DNA of 64,000 nt. Source: Phycisphaerales bacterium. Its GTDB lineage: Bacteria; Bacteroidota; Bacteroidia; Chitinophagales; Chitinophagaceae. The stretch lies in assembly GCA_030054025.1 (NCBI GenBank), contig JASGCQ010000003.1, positions 182-64,181 of the forward strand, written 5' to 3'. Positions 31,466-41,679 of the stretch are shown piece by piece. The notes beneath the pieces were generated by a model. That model was not told where the DNA came from. It was given only the letters and a program-made list of their open reading frames with translations, and searched no databases. Position numbers and translations under genes: made by a program. Each line of letters opens with the position of its first letter. The stretch's first letter is position 1.

Positions 31466-31642
31466 TGGGTAGGTCTTCTGACTCGTTTCACTTTTGCGCC
31501 TTCCCATCCTTTTGCATCGCTTGCGGACAGTGGCTTTTGAAGATAATTGCAAAAGCATTTATAGAAACTTACAGCATCGGGTAATGTTCAGGATTTTCAC
31601 CTGATTCCCTTTTAATTCCTCCCTAAGAAGAAAACCTAAGCT
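31466..31642 (-). ncRNA. Cobalamin (AdoCbl) riboswitch
   Basis: Minus strand AGGTT..TTAAAAGGGAATCAGGTGAAAATCCTGAAC..ACCCGATGCTGTAA...GCCACTG...GGGAAGGC...GAGTCAGAAGACCTACC; all conserved boxes present. Confidence 0.93.
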
Positions 31643-31762
31643 GTGACGAAGATAATAGAATTGTTCAGAAAAAGAGCATTGTTTTTTTGTTAATAAAAAT
31701 TTAGACAATGCTCGCATATAGATTGTGTAGCTTTGCTACGTTTATACAGATAAAATTTCAAC

Positions 31763-33973
31763 ATGATTGTACCGCTCAACAAAATTGCAATATTGATTAC
31801 ACTCTGCTTGTGCCTTGGCAGTAATATTACCCAAGCCCAGAAAAAAGAAAAAAAAGAACCCCCAAAAGAGTTATCCCTTTATGACATTGACACTTTGATG
31901 CACCCCATTCCCATGCAGCGCAATTTGTTTTTTGACAAAGTAAAAAAACAACAACGAAGAGCAGATGCATCAGACGGGAAGATAGATAATTATATTTATT
32001 TCAGCGAAGATGTAGAGGGAGGCAAGATACTGACTCAAAGCCTTATGAGCGATATCAATCAAATTCAAATTATGATTGAAAACCTTCCTTATGAAGATAA
32101 TTTTATAGAAAACCAAACAAAATTGGGCTATCACCGCGCATTAGAAAATGTATTGTTGCATTTCAATAGTGATACTAAAGTGCAGCCCTCCTTTTACAAA
32201 AAACTGGTGCGCAATTTCAGAGCAATGGTAATTGCAAAATATGAAAACAAACTACCAGATTTTGTAAAAAAGAATGCCAATATCTACTCCATGATTAATG
32301 GACAACTATTGACGGACAGCGACCGAGATTATCTATGCCAAGAAGTGGGCAAAGAAGAGCCTGAAATGATGATTAAACGATTGAGCGAATTTGCTAACAA
32401 ACCTTGTGCAGATGTAGTCATAGCTGCTGCCGCAAAAGTACTGCCTGGCGAGATACTCAATTATGCCACATCCAGCAATATTATACTAAGAGGAGCCGTA
32501 GAAAGAAACACAGACCCATTGGTAAAGACGATTGTCCGCATTGCCCAAGAATCAAAAGCACCGTTGAAAGCAAAATCTTTTTTGAATGAAATCCATACCC
32601 AAAAATTGAGCATTGCCGAAGTTGATAACATAACAGCAGACCAAGATTTGTTTTTCAAAAATATGGTTCGTCTCAAATTAGAAGACCCTTCGCAAAACAA
32701 AAATATAGACGGAGAATTGGAATATAGGGCACTCCGAGATTATGTAAGGGTAATGGACGAATTGCACGAAAAGCCGGAGGCTGTTCGTTTTAAGTGTATC
32801 GAAAATTTAAGCCCCGAAGCGATTTATTTTATTATCGTCAATGGGCAAGAAGAAATTTATACCAGTTCCTTCACCGGTGCCTTCAAAAGAATGATGGAAA
32901 AGATGAAGCCCATGCAAGGCAATGAATTTCTAGAAAAACTACATTATGACAAATTTCGTACATTCATCAAGATGAGCGCAGGTTTTGGTCGTTTAGATCA
33001 ATTTCTTGCCACTTTTTCGGATGAAAAAAAGCAAACATTAATGAAGGACTTTGTTGCCAATCTTGACAAAGGCAAGGAAGAAAATCTTGAAGATGCGGTG
33101 GATGTAGCCGACGCCTTTGGCAGTATTGAGGATACCGCATTAATAGAATTTTTAAAAATAGAGGTAAAAGCGAATTATGAAAAAGCCTACCAAAACAGAA
33201 GTAAAAAAGGATTGAAAGTATATGCCTTATTATCTACACTTTTCGAAGGAGCAAAAGACAGTGTAACTGACGAAGCGGCCATAGAACGTTCTAAAAAATT
33301 GAATTTACCCCCTATCAATTTTGTACCTTATGCTCATTTGTTGAACGATAGCCAAGTCGTAGTAGAGCAGTTTTTCTTTTATGGCGACGAAGACGGCAAA
33401 ATGTCTTACAATAGTTTCTTAGCCAATTTCAAAAATTCGAAATGGAAAATCACCCCTAGCAAATATTGGGTCAACATCACCTCTACAAAAGGAAAACCTA
33501 TTAACATCTACGCAAATTTACCCCTTGCAGAACCAGATGACGAGGTGGCACAAAATGAATTGAACAAATACATGAATGAATATGAATTACAACCATCGGT
33601 ATTGGTACACAGAGGACACAGTTACCATTTGCCCACTACTCTACAACGCTTGTCGGACTTGACTAAGATTGTGATTTTAGGGTCTTGTGGAGGCTATCAT
33701 AACCTCTCCACCATATTGAGTAATTCTCCTGATGCACAAATTATTTCTACGAAGCAAACGGGAGCAATGGCTGTAAATGACCCCATTCTCCGTGCTATAG
33801 AAAGCGACCTTAATGAAGGCATTGATGTAAACTGGGTGAATATTTGGAAACGCTTAAGCATTGAGTTTAAAGGCAAACCCAGTGAAAGTTTATTTAAAGA
33901 TTATGTGCCTCCGCACAAGAATTTGGGAGCTATTTTTATCAAAGCTTATAAACGATTAGAATCTGATAATTAA
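31763..33973 (+). CDS. Secreted hypothetical protein, helical N-terminus, C-terminal putative caspase-fold (clan CD) His-Cys domain
   Basis: Signal peptide ...TQAQ; VLVHRGHS and IVILGSCGG spaced as in CHAT/gingipain catalytic strands. Confidence 0.55.
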   Translation: MIVPLNKIAILITLCLCLGSNITQAQKKEKKEPPKELSLYDIDTLMHPIPMQRNLFFDKVKKQQRRADASDGKIDNYIYFSEDVEGGKILTQSLMSDINQIQIMIENLPYEDNFIENQTKLGYHRALENVLLHFNSDTKVQPSFYKKLVRNFRAMVIAKYENKLPDFVKKNANIYSMINGQLLTDSDRDYLCQEVGKEEPEMMIKRLSEFANKPCADVVIAAAAKVLPGEILNYATSSNIILRGAVERNTDPLVKTIVRIAQESKAPLKAKSFLNEIHTQKLSIAEVDNITADQDLFFKNMVRLKLEDPSQNKNIDGELEYRALRDYVRVMDELHEKPEAVRFKCIENLSPEAIYFIIVNGQEEIYTSSFTGAFKRMMEKMKPMQGNEFLEKLHYDKFRTFIKMSAGFGRLDQFLATFSDEKKQTLMKDFVANLDKGKEENLEDAVDVADAFGSIEDTALIEFLKIEVKANYEKAYQNRSKKGLKVYALLSTLFEGAKDSVTDEAAIERSKKLNLPPINFVPYAHLLNDSQVVVEQFFFYGDEDGKMSYNSFLANFKNSKWKITPSKYWVNITSTKGKPINIYANLPLAEPDDEVAQNELNKYMNEYELQPSVLVHRGHSYHLPTTLQRLSDLTKIVILGSCGGYHNLSTILSNSPDAQIISTKQTGAMAVNDPILRAIESDLNEGIDVNWVNIWKRLSIEFKGKPSESLFKDYVPPHKNLGAIFIKAYKRLESDN

Positions 33974-34194
33974 ACTCTCAGCACAAAAAACAATGCAGTA
34001 TTTCAAACTGTATCATTCGAGGTTTGGAATATAATTGCATAAATTTTCTACTTAATTATAACCATAAAGAGGGCATCAACAATTTTTTCAAACCAAAAGA
34101 ATTGATTCTTGCCTTTTAAAAAACAAAAGTCTCGATATAATCGAGACTTTTGTAAATAGCATTAAGCAATGCCTTTCTTTTCGTGTTACTAAAA

Positions 34195-34416
34195 TTATTT
34201 AGTAGCAGGAGCAGCTGGAGCTTTAGTAGTGTCAGCAGCTGGAGTTGCAGCAGCAGCAGAATCCATAGCAGGAGCAGCAGGAGCTGGTTCAGCAACAACA
34301 GGAGCAGCTGTAGCAGCAGAATCAGCAGCAGGAACTGCAGTTTCAGCGTTACCACCGCAAGAAGCTAAGAAAAGACCCATAGAAAGGGCAACAATGCTCA
34401 TTTTTACCAATTTCAT
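34195..34416 (-). CDS. Small Ala/Pro-rich lipoprotein
   Basis: MKLVKMSIVALSMGLFLASC lipobox followed by a low-complexity tail. Confidence 0.8.
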   Translation of the reverse strand: MKLVKMSIVALSMGLFLASCGGNAETAVPAADSAATAAPVVAEPAPAAPAMDSAAAATPAADTTKAPAAPATK

Positions 34417-34638
34417 AATCGTTTGTTTTTAAAGTTTAATTTCCCATTAATACCACAACTCAAAAAAGGTAACCCAAACCTTTCAAATATTTTTATAATT
34501 AATTTGTTTTATTCCAGATGGAGGTATTCTAATCGGCGATTTATAAGAAGAAATTCAGCATTACCTTTGTCCTCTGCTACACAGCATATTTTTTGTTTCA
34601 ATTATTGGGTTACTTTTTACCAAAACAAGTATTAACAA

Positions 34639-35223
34639 GTGCAACTTTCTCTACTCAAAGAACATCAACTACTTGAGGGTATTGCTCAAAACGATCGTAA
34701 GATAACAGAGCAAGTATATCGAGACAATTATAAGCAAGTACAATCTTGGGTGCAAGCTCGAGGTGGCTCTGCGGACGATGGGGATGATGTTTTTCAAGAG
34801 GCGATGACGATACTTTTTCAGAAAGCGCAGCAAGAGGGATTTAGATTAAGTTGTAAGATTGGTACCTATTTGGTTGCAGTATCAAAATTTATTTGGTACA
34901 ATAAACTACAACTCCAAAATCGAAGACCCGATTTCATGCCTTTTGACAGCGGAGAAGAAGATGCCAATCATCAATACGCCTACCAAGACGATATAAGAGT
35001 ACAAGAAGAACGAGAATTGCATTTCGAACAACTGAACGCAGCGATGGAAGAGTTGGGAGAACCTTGTAGAAGTTTGCTAAAGGCATTCTATAACGAAGAT
35101 AAAAGCATGCAAGAAATAGCCTCAGTGTTTGGATATACCAATCCTGACAATGCCAAAACACAGAAATACAAATGCCTGACGCGGCTCAAAAAATTATTTT
35201 ACGCTGCACAGGTTCATAAATAA
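34639..35223 (+). CDS. ECF sigma-70 factor
   Basis: DDVFQEAM.ILF, TYLVAVSK..W, LGEPCRSLL.AFY..DKSMQEIA..FGYTNPDNAKTQKYKC. Confidence 0.92.
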   Translation: MQLSLLKEHQLLEGIAQNDRKITEQVYRDNYKQVQSWVQARGGSADDGDDVFQEAMTILFQKAQQEGFRLSCKIGTYLVAVSKFIWYNKLQLQNRRPDFMPFDSGEEDANHQYAYQDDIRVQEERELHFEQLNAAMEELGEPCRSLLKAFYNEDKSMQEIASVFGYTNPDNAKTQKYKCLTRLKKLFYAAQVHK

Positions 35224-35244
35224 CAAAACAGAAGTATTAGAGCG

Positions 35245-36321
35245 ATGACAATTGAAAACAACATTTGGAAACGAGCAGAAGGGTATCTTAATAATACGCT
35301 AAATGCTGATGAATTAAAATTTTTAGAGCAACAGATTGCTAAGGACAAGGATTTTGCTGCCGAATTTCATGGAGCAGCCAATATGCTGCGTTCAATTCAA
35401 GCCAATGCTGCTCAACAAAAATTTAAGCACCGATTAACCAGTATTCAAGCAAATATTCGCCAAGAACAAAAAGAACAACCGCGCAAAATCTCTTTGCGAC
35501 TGCATTATATCCGTACAGCGTCTGTAGCAGCTGGAGTAGCATTATTAGCATCTTTAGGTGTTAATTTTTGGAACAATCGCAACCAAAATAGTACTCCAAA
35601 ATACAGTGAGTTACGCAAAGTGCGAACTGAGATAGAAGGCATTAAACAATCACAAAAAAGAATCATTAAAGACCTAGACAACAAAGCCAACAAACCCGCT
35701 ATAGACAATATGTACAGCGGAACTGGTTTTGCTTTGACCAACGACGGCTATTTACTCACTAATTACCACGTTACCGAAGGTGCTGATTCTGTTTATATCC
35801 AAACACACAGTGGCGATTATTACAAGGCTTTTATGGTGAGTTTTGATGCAAAATCAGATATAGCAATTCTAAAAATTGAGTCCAAAAATTTTAAATTCAG
35901 TAAGCAAGGAGCATTACCTTATTCATTTGCTACATCAAAATCCAAACTGGGAGAGCGTGTATTTACACTAGGTTATCCTCAAGATGAGATTGTATATAGC
36001 GAAGGATACATCAGTAGTCGCAATGGTTTTATGGGCGATTCAATACAGTACCGTTTGGAATTACCTGCCGAACCCGGACAAAGTGGAGCTCCTGTTTTGG
36101 ATGCAGCTGGTAATGTCGTTGCAATCGTAACCGGAAAAGAAAGCAAAAGCTCAGGTACGACCTATGCCGTTTGCTCTAACACCATGCTACGCTTACTGCA
36201 CAATTTACCACAATCGAATATTATCAATCTACCCAAGTCTAGTAAATTGAGCGGATTGAGCCGTAGCCAACAAATTGAAAAAATTCAAGACTTCACATGC
36301 GTAGTCAATGTGTATAAGTAA
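35245..36321 (+). CDS. Anti-sigma-like N-terminus and TM helix fused to a trypsin-like (S1) serine protease
   Basis: AEGYL...L...E..F helix, TM, then SGTGF, LTNYHV (His), DIAIL (Asp), PGQSGAP (Ser). Confidence 0.85.
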   Translation: MTIENNIWKRAEGYLNNTLNADELKFLEQQIAKDKDFAAEFHGAANMLRSIQANAAQQKFKHRLTSIQANIRQEQKEQPRKISLRLHYIRTASVAAGVALLASLGVNFWNNRNQNSTPKYSELRKVRTEIEGIKQSQKRIIKDLDNKANKPAIDNMYSGTGFALTNDGYLLTNYHVTEGADSVYIQTHSGDYYKAFMVSFDAKSDIAILKIESKNFKFSKQGALPYSFATSKSKLGERVFTLGYPQDEIVYSEGYISSRNGFMGDSIQYRLELPAEPGQSGAPVLDAAGNVVAIVTGKESKSSGTTYAVCSNTMLRLLHNLPQSNIINLPKSSKLSGLSRSQQIEKIQDFTCVVNVYK

Positions 36322-36340
36322 ATCTTTTCTTAACAAGTAT

Positions 36341-36375
36341 AAAAATCCGACGTCAATACATGAAGTCGGATTTTT
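36341..36375 (+). terminator. Intrinsic terminator after the protease gene
   Basis: AAAAATCCGAC...GTCGGATTTTT. Confidence 0.75.
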
Positions 36376-36415
36376 CTATAGTAAAAATAGGAGAAGCTAA
36401 TATCTTCGCAATATA

Positions 36416-37141
36416 ATGACTACCGATACCAGTTGGCTTTCTCGTACTGAACTCCTTATAGGCATCGACGCACTCCATCAACTTACTCAAGCCCATGTTT
36501 TAGTGATAGGTATGGGAGGGGTAGGTTCTTTTGCTGCCGAATTTATAGCCCGTAGCGGTGTTGGGCGTATGACTATTGTAGATGGAGATGTGGTTGATCC
36601 CAGCAATCGCAATCGGCAATTGCCTGCCCTTGCCATCAATCATGGGCAAAGTAAAGTACACATCATGGCAGAAAGACTATTAGCAATTAATCCTGAGCTA
36701 GAGCTGAAAGTAGTGAATGAATTTGTACGCCCCGAGGCAATAAATGCTCTGTTGGATACTGATGCAGATTATATAATAGATGCCATTGACAGTCTTACCC
36801 CCAAATTAACTTGTATTAAAGCAGCCTATCGAAAAGGGATGCGTATCGTAAGCTCTATGGGTGCAGGAGGAAAACTCGACCCAACACAATTGCAAGTAAC
36901 CGATATTGCGAAAACCTATAATTGCCCCTTTGCCCAACAAATTCGTAAGCAACTTAAAATGGAGGGCATCAAAAAGGGTATAAAAGTGGTATTTTCTCCC
37001 GAGTTACCCGACAAAAATTCCATCATGCGTACCGACGGTACTAATTTCAAAAAATCGGCTTATGGTACCATCTCTTATTTGCCCGCAGTATTTGGTGCTA
37101 CCGCAGCTTCGGTGGTAATCAGGGATTTAATGACTGATTGA
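36416..37141 (+). CDS. tcdA: tRNA threonylcarbamoyladenosine dehydratase (ThiF family)
   Basis: SRTELLIG, GMGGVGS, DGDVVDPSNRNRQL, SSMGAGGK.DP, CPFA..IRK.L, GTISYLPAVFG. Confidence 0.92.
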   Translation: MTTDTSWLSRTELLIGIDALHQLTQAHVLVIGMGGVGSFAAEFIARSGVGRMTIVDGDVVDPSNRNRQLPALAINHGQSKVHIMAERLLAINPELELKVVNEFVRPEAINALLDTDADYIIDAIDSLTPKLTCIKAAYRKGMRIVSSMGAGGKLDPTQLQVTDIAKTYNCPFAQQIRKQLKMEGIKKGIKVVFSPELPDKNSIMRTDGTNFKKSAYGTISYLPAVFGATAASVVIRDLMTD

Positions 37142-37321
37142 TTTGATATTTTTCGTTGTAGAAAAAATGAATCGTAACGGTATATATCCCTTTTGAACGA
37201 ACCCATTCCAGAGGGCAAGATTGCTGCTGAGCTTATAAGAGAGCGGTGTACTTTTTCTGGTACATGAATGTAAGACTACAAAAACAAGGTTGCTTACTTC
37301 TACTAGAAATGATTTTACTTT

Positions 37322-38122
37322 TTATTGTAGTACAAATCTGATGGGTACACTAAATTTAGTTGCTACAATCTCCCCATCAATCTTTCCTGGCTTCCACTTA
37401 GGCATTTTCTCTATAATGCGGATTGCTTCATAATTCAAAGTCGAATGAATGCTTTTGTGAATTCTGACATCAGTAATATCCCCACTTTTATCTACTATGA
37501 AAATAATTCTGACCGTTCCCTGAACACCATGTTTGACAGCCTTATCGGGATATCTGATTTCATAACTGAGCCACTTATTTAATGCTTTTTCTCCGCCATT
37601 AAATTCGGGTGTTTCTCTGAAAGGATAGTGAGCTGTGTCTTTACCACTATGTGTGAAACATTTTCCATTTAAAAGGTCATCATTTTTATAATTTTCTTCT
37701 CGTTTTAAAGACTTGTCATTATAGTAAGATTTTAATTTCCCCTCTAACTTCCCTTCTAAATAATCTTCTTCAAAATGCAAGCTGCCATCTTCGCGATAAG
37801 ACCTCCATAAGCCCGACTTTTTTCCAGCGATATAGCTCCCTTCAGACTCTAATGTTCCAATTTTGGTGTAGAATTTAAAATAACCATCTTTTACGTCAGG
37901 CTCATTAATTTTATAAAAACCGGAAGACTCTATAAGCCATTCTTTAGTGTAATCTGCTACTTTCAAAGTGTTATATTCCTTTGTGCAGACTCTAAAAAAA
38001 TAGGCGTGTTCTTTGCTGCATGTATCCATATAATGCGAAAAGTAAAAGGTATCAGATTTTGAATTTTGTGCTACTGAGCTGTAATAGCTGCAAACAAAAA
38101 GAATAAGAGACAAAAATTTCAT
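37322..38122 (-). CDS. TonB family protein with MORN-like repeats
   Basis: GKKSGLWRSY..DG repeats; PEFNGG...IRYP..A...GVQG.V...FIVDK.G TonB_C domain. Confidence 0.85.
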   Translation of the reverse strand: MKFLSLILFVCSYYSSVAQNSKSDTFYFSHYMDTCSKEHAYFFRVCTKEYNTLKVADYTKEWLIESSGFYKINEPDVKDGYFKFYTKIGTLESEGSYIAGKKSGLWRSYREDGSLHFEEDYLEGKLEGKLKSYYNDKSLKREENYKNDDLLNGKCFTHSGKDTAHYPFRETPEFNGGEKALNKWLSYEIRYPDKAVKHGVQGTVRIIFIVDKSGDITDVRIHKSIHSTLNYEAIRIIEKMPKWKPGKIDGEIVATKFSVPIRFVLQ

Positions 38123-38144
38123 AAATGATAGGCAATTGGTTATG

Positions 38145-38177
38145 AAAAATCCCGCAAACGACTTGCTTGCGGGATTT
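38145..38177 (-). terminator. Intrinsic terminator after ahcY
   Basis: AAAAATCCCGCAA...TTGCGGGATTT. Confidence 0.7.
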
Positions 38178-38195
38178 CAAATTTAGTATAAAAAA

Positions 38196-39524
38196 TTAGT
38201 AACGATACATATCGCTTTTGAAAGGGCCTTCTTTTGGAATGCCGAGATAAGCAGCTTGAGCATCGCTCAATACTTCCAATTTTACCCCAATTTTACCAAG
38301 GTGCAAGCGAGCTACTTTTTCGTCGAGATGTTTTGGTAATACATACACTTCGTTTTTGTAGTTGCTGGCATTGTTCCAAAGCTCAATCTGAGCCAATGTT
38401 TGATTGGTAAAGCTGGCACTCATCACAAAACTAGGGTGGCCCGTAGCGCAACCTAGATTTACCAAACGTCCCTCGGCCAAGATGATGATGTCTTTACCAT
38501 CTACGTTGTACAAGTCTACTTGTGGTTTAATGGTGTCTTTAGTATGACCATAATTGTCGTTCAACCAAGCAATGTCAATTTCGATATCGAAATGACCAAT
38601 GTTACAAACGATTGCTTTATCTTTCATCAATTTGAAATGCTCACCAGTAATCAAATCACGACAGCCCGAAGCAGTAACAACGATGTCGGCAACCTTTACT
38701 GCTTCAGCCATTGGCATCACACTAAAACCGTCCATAGCCGCTTGTAGCGCACAGATAGGGTCTATCTCAGTTACAATCACGCGGGCACCCGCACCTCGAA
38801 GACTCATGGCAGAACCTTTTCCTACGTCACCATACCCACCAACAACGGCTATTTTACCCGCCATCATTACATCTGTAGCGCGGCGTATAGCATCTACCAA
38901 ACTTTCTTGACAACCGTATTTGTTATCAAATTTAGACTTAGTTACACTGTCGTTTACATTGATAGCAGGGATGGGCAAAGTGCCATTTGCCATACGCTCA
39001 TACAAGCGGTGAACACCTGTTGTCGTTTCCTCGCTCAAACCTTTGATACCACCGATGAGCTCGGGGTATTGGTCAAATACCATATTAGTTAAGTCTCCAC
39101 CATCATCCAAAATCATGTTTAATGGACGATCTTCACTACCAAAGAATAATGTTTGTTCGATACACCAATCTGCTTCTGCCTGAGTTTGACCTTTCCATGC
39201 AAAAACACCAATGCCCGCAGCGGCAATAGCAGCGGCAGCTTGGTCTTGTGTAGAGAAAATATTGCAAGAACTCCATTTTACCTCTGCACCCAATGCAATC
39301 AAAGTTTCGATTAGCACCGCAGTTTGAATCGTCATGTGCAGACAACCAGCAATACGAGCCCCTTTCAAAGGTTGGGTGGCTGCATACTCTTCGCGGATAG
39401 CCATCAAGCCCGGCATTTCAGCCTCGGCAAGTCTTATTTCTTTACGACCCCATGCAGCTAGGCTGATATCAGCTACCTTGTGTGCCAACGAAAAGTCGAT
39501 GTTTGGTTTTGTCATTGTACTCAT
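38196..39524 (-). CDS. ahcY: Adenosylhomocysteinase
   Basis: [73 protein letters not shown]. Confidence 0.98.
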   Translation of the reverse strand: MSTMTKPNIDFSLAHKVADISLAAWGRKEIRLAEAEMPGLMAIREEYAATQPLKGARIAGCLHMTIQTAVLIETLIALGAEVKWSSCNIFSTQDQAAAAIAAAGIGVFAWKGQTQAEADWCIEQTLFFGSEDRPLNMILDDGGDLTNMVFDQYPELIGGIKGLSEETTTGVHRLYERMANGTLPIPAINVNDSVTKSKFDNKYGCQESLVDAIRRATDVMMAGKIAVVGGYGDVGKGSAMSLRGAGARVIVTEIDPICALQAAMDGFSVMPMAEAVKVADIVVTASGCRDLITGEHFKLMKDKAIVCNIGHFDIEIDIAWLNDNYGHTKDTIKPQVDLYNVDGKDIIILAEGRLVNLGCATGHPSFVMSASFTNQTLAQIELWNNASNYKNEVYVLPKHLDEKVARLHLGKIGVKLEVLSDAQAAYLGIPKEGPFKSDMYRY

Positions 39525-39626
39525 TTGTTATAGTTGTTTAATTATTTTAGAAAAATGTTAGGCAAAAGTAAGAGTTAATCTCTTTTCTACAGAATAGAAA
39601 TATGAAATGTTTCTATAAAATATTGC

Positions 39627-40535
39627 TTAGAAATTTGCTAATTCTTCAAATTCTAACAATCGAGCGTCAATATCCTCTTTTGTAACTGTTTTTAAACGCT
39701 CTGGTCCAAACTCGGCAACACAATATGAGGCCATTACGGAGCCCATAATAACGCCTTTTTTCATTGTCTCGAAAGAGATGTCATCCTTCATAGCAATATA
39801 TCCAATAAATCCACCGGCAAAAGTATCTCCTGCACCTGTTGGGTCAAAGACTTCCTCTAGTGGTAATGCGGGAGCGGAGAAAATTTGTTCGTTGTAAAAC
39901 AACAAAGCCCCATGTTCTCCCTTTTTGATGATTAAGAATTTAGGACCCATACCACGAATCACTTTTGCTGCCTTTACTAAAGAATATTCGCCGCTCAATT
40001 GGCGCGCTTCGCCGTCATTCACTACCAATACATCTATCATTTTCAATACATCCTTCAGTTCGTCAAGAGCGATGTCCATCCAAAAATTCATTGTGTCCAA
40101 AACAATCAGTTTTGGACGGTTTTTTAATTGAGTAATCACACTTTTTTGAACAGCAGGAGCCAGATTGCCTAACATTAGGTATTGGCAATCTTGGTAAGAT
40201 TCGGGCAATTGTGGGTTAAATTGAGCCAATACATTGAGATCTGTAATGAGGGTATCTCGCGTATTCATATCTGTATGGTATCGTCCACTCCAAAAAAAAC
40301 TCTTTCCCTCTTGCACCACTTCTACGCCTTCGAAAGATACGCCACGATCGGCTAATTCATTCATTTCCTGTTGCTCAAAATCTCCGCCCACAATAGATAC
40401 TTGCTTGATGGGTTGATAAAAATTAGATGCCGACCAAGCAACATATGTTGCAGAACCGCCAACGATTCTATCTGTTTTTCCGAAGGGTGTTTCTATGGCA
40501 TCATAGGCCATTGTACCTACTACAATTAAAGACAT
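39627..40535 (-). CDS. PfkB family carbohydrate/nucleoside kinase
   Basis: GGSATY, DTMNFW, VNDGEA, IKKGEHGA, DPTGAGDTFAGG. Confidence 0.92.
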   Translation of the reverse strand: MSLIVVGTMAYDAIETPFGKTDRIVGGSATYVAWSASNFYQPIKQVSIVGGDFEQQEMNELADRGVSFEGVEVVQEGKSFFWSGRYHTDMNTRDTLITDLNVLAQFNPQLPESYQDCQYLMLGNLAPAVQKSVITQLKNRPKLIVLDTMNFWMDIALDELKDVLKMIDVLVVNDGEARQLSGEYSLVKAAKVIRGMGPKFLIIKKGEHGALLFYNEQIFSAPALPLEEVFDPTGAGDTFAGGFIGYIAMKDDISFETMKKGVIMGSVMASYCVAEFGPERLKTVTKEDIDARLLEFEELANF

Positions 40536-40643
40536 AAGGTTTTTGAAATTTTTTGCGAAGATAAAGGCTTAAAATTAAAACCCCGTTATACGGAGTGTTC
40601 TGTAAACTCTTTTGCCTATCTTTGCAACTGTAAAGTTAAATCT

Positions 40644-41117
40644 ATGGAAAAACTATTCTTATCTATTTTGGCATTAACCTTTGTTTTTGCAGCTTGTAAG
40701 AAGGACGATAAAAAATCAAATTTAGAAATACTTACAAGTAACACATGGGGAGTTTCTGATATATATATTGAAAAGGATGGTGCTGTAGTGCTGGATTATT
40801 ATTCGACAATGCAGTCGTGCGAAAAAGATAATTCATATACTTTTAATAAAAATTACACTATTACCTCCTATGAGGGTGTCAGTAAATGTGACGCTAGTGT
40901 AAAAGACACAGCTACTGATGGGTCTTGGGTACTAACGAATAATGAAACGGTTTTTGTCATCAAAGACAGCAAAATACTGCCTATCGCTGGAGATCGTGCG
41001 ATGAATATTCAATCTTTGGATAATAACACACTAAAACTAACGAAAGATACAAGCATTAATTATCCTGGTATCGGATTGATTAGTGGAACTGTGCATGCTA
41101 ACTTTATTAAAAAATAA
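40644..41117 (+). CDS. Lipocalin-like lipoprotein
   Basis: FAAC lipobox; CEKDNSYTF...EG..KC...DGSW. Confidence 0.75.
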   Translation: MEKLFLSILALTFVFAACKKDDKKSNLEILTSNTWGVSDIYIEKDGAVVLDYYSTMQSCEKDNSYTFNKNYTITSYEGVSKCDASVKDTATDGSWVLTNNETVFVIKDSKILPIAGDRAMNIQSLDNNTLKLTKDTSINYPGIGLISGTVHANFIKK

Positions 41118-41128
41118 AAGGGTTTATT

Positions 41129-41599
41129 ATGAAAAAAGTCATTTTTGCTTTGTCTGCTTTTCTATTCTTGTTTACTGCATGTAAAAAGAACGATTCTTCC
41201 CCAACAACTACCTATACTAAGGTAGATACCCTGCAAAGTGGTCAGTGGAAATTAACTAGTGCTACAGCATTTGGAGGAGTATATGATTTAACATCCACTA
41301 TGAAGGCTTGTCAAAAAGATAATTTATACACCTTTAATGCCAACAACACTATTACTGTAGATGAGGGTGCTACCAAATGTGCTACTACAGATGTGTCGCC
41401 GAGAACCGATGGCAATTGGAACTTGTCAGCTGACTATAAACAAATGACGGTGAGTGGCTCTTTGTTTACCTCGCTAGGTATTACTTCATTTACCGCTGAT
41501 CTGGTTAAACTAGATGCAACGACATTGCAAATGAAAAAGGATACCACAATTTCTTCACTGCCTACCACAATTAATATCATATTCACCAACGTGAAGTAA
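41129..41599 (+). CDS. Lipocalin-like lipoprotein (tandem paralog)
   Basis: FTAC lipobox; GQWKL, CQKDNLYTF...DEGATKC...DGNW. Confidence 0.75.
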   Translation: MKKVIFALSAFLFLFTACKKNDSSPTTTYTKVDTLQSGQWKLTSATAFGGVYDLTSTMKACQKDNLYTFNANNTITVDEGATKCATTDVSPRTDGNWNLSADYKQMTVSGSLFTSLGITSFTADLVKLDATTLQMKKDTTISSLPTTINIIFTNVK

Positions 41600-41619
41600 T
41601 AAAATTCTAAATTAAACAC

Positions 41620-41656
41620 AGAGCGTGCCTCCCCTTCAGGGCACGCTCTTCTTTTT
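41620..41656 (+). terminator. Intrinsic terminator after the lipocalin pair
   Basis: AGAGCGTGCC...GGCACGCTCT followed by TCTTTTT. Confidence 0.75.
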
Positions 41657-41679
41657 GAACAAAATGTTATCTTCGAAGT

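Noticed and set aside
34116-34432. Alternative-frame ORFs over the Ala-rich lipoprotein gene
   Set aside because: Artefacts of GCA/GCT-rich low-complexity sequence; only 34195-34416 has a lipoprotein signal.
37142-37321. Possible small RNA or short ORF between tcdA and the TonB gene
   Set aside because: No convincing fold or motif; the 45-aa minus ORF has no features.
39525-39626. SAH/SAM riboswitch upstream of ahcY
   Set aside because: The gap is short and AT-rich, with a promoter element close to the gene and no riboswitch consensus.
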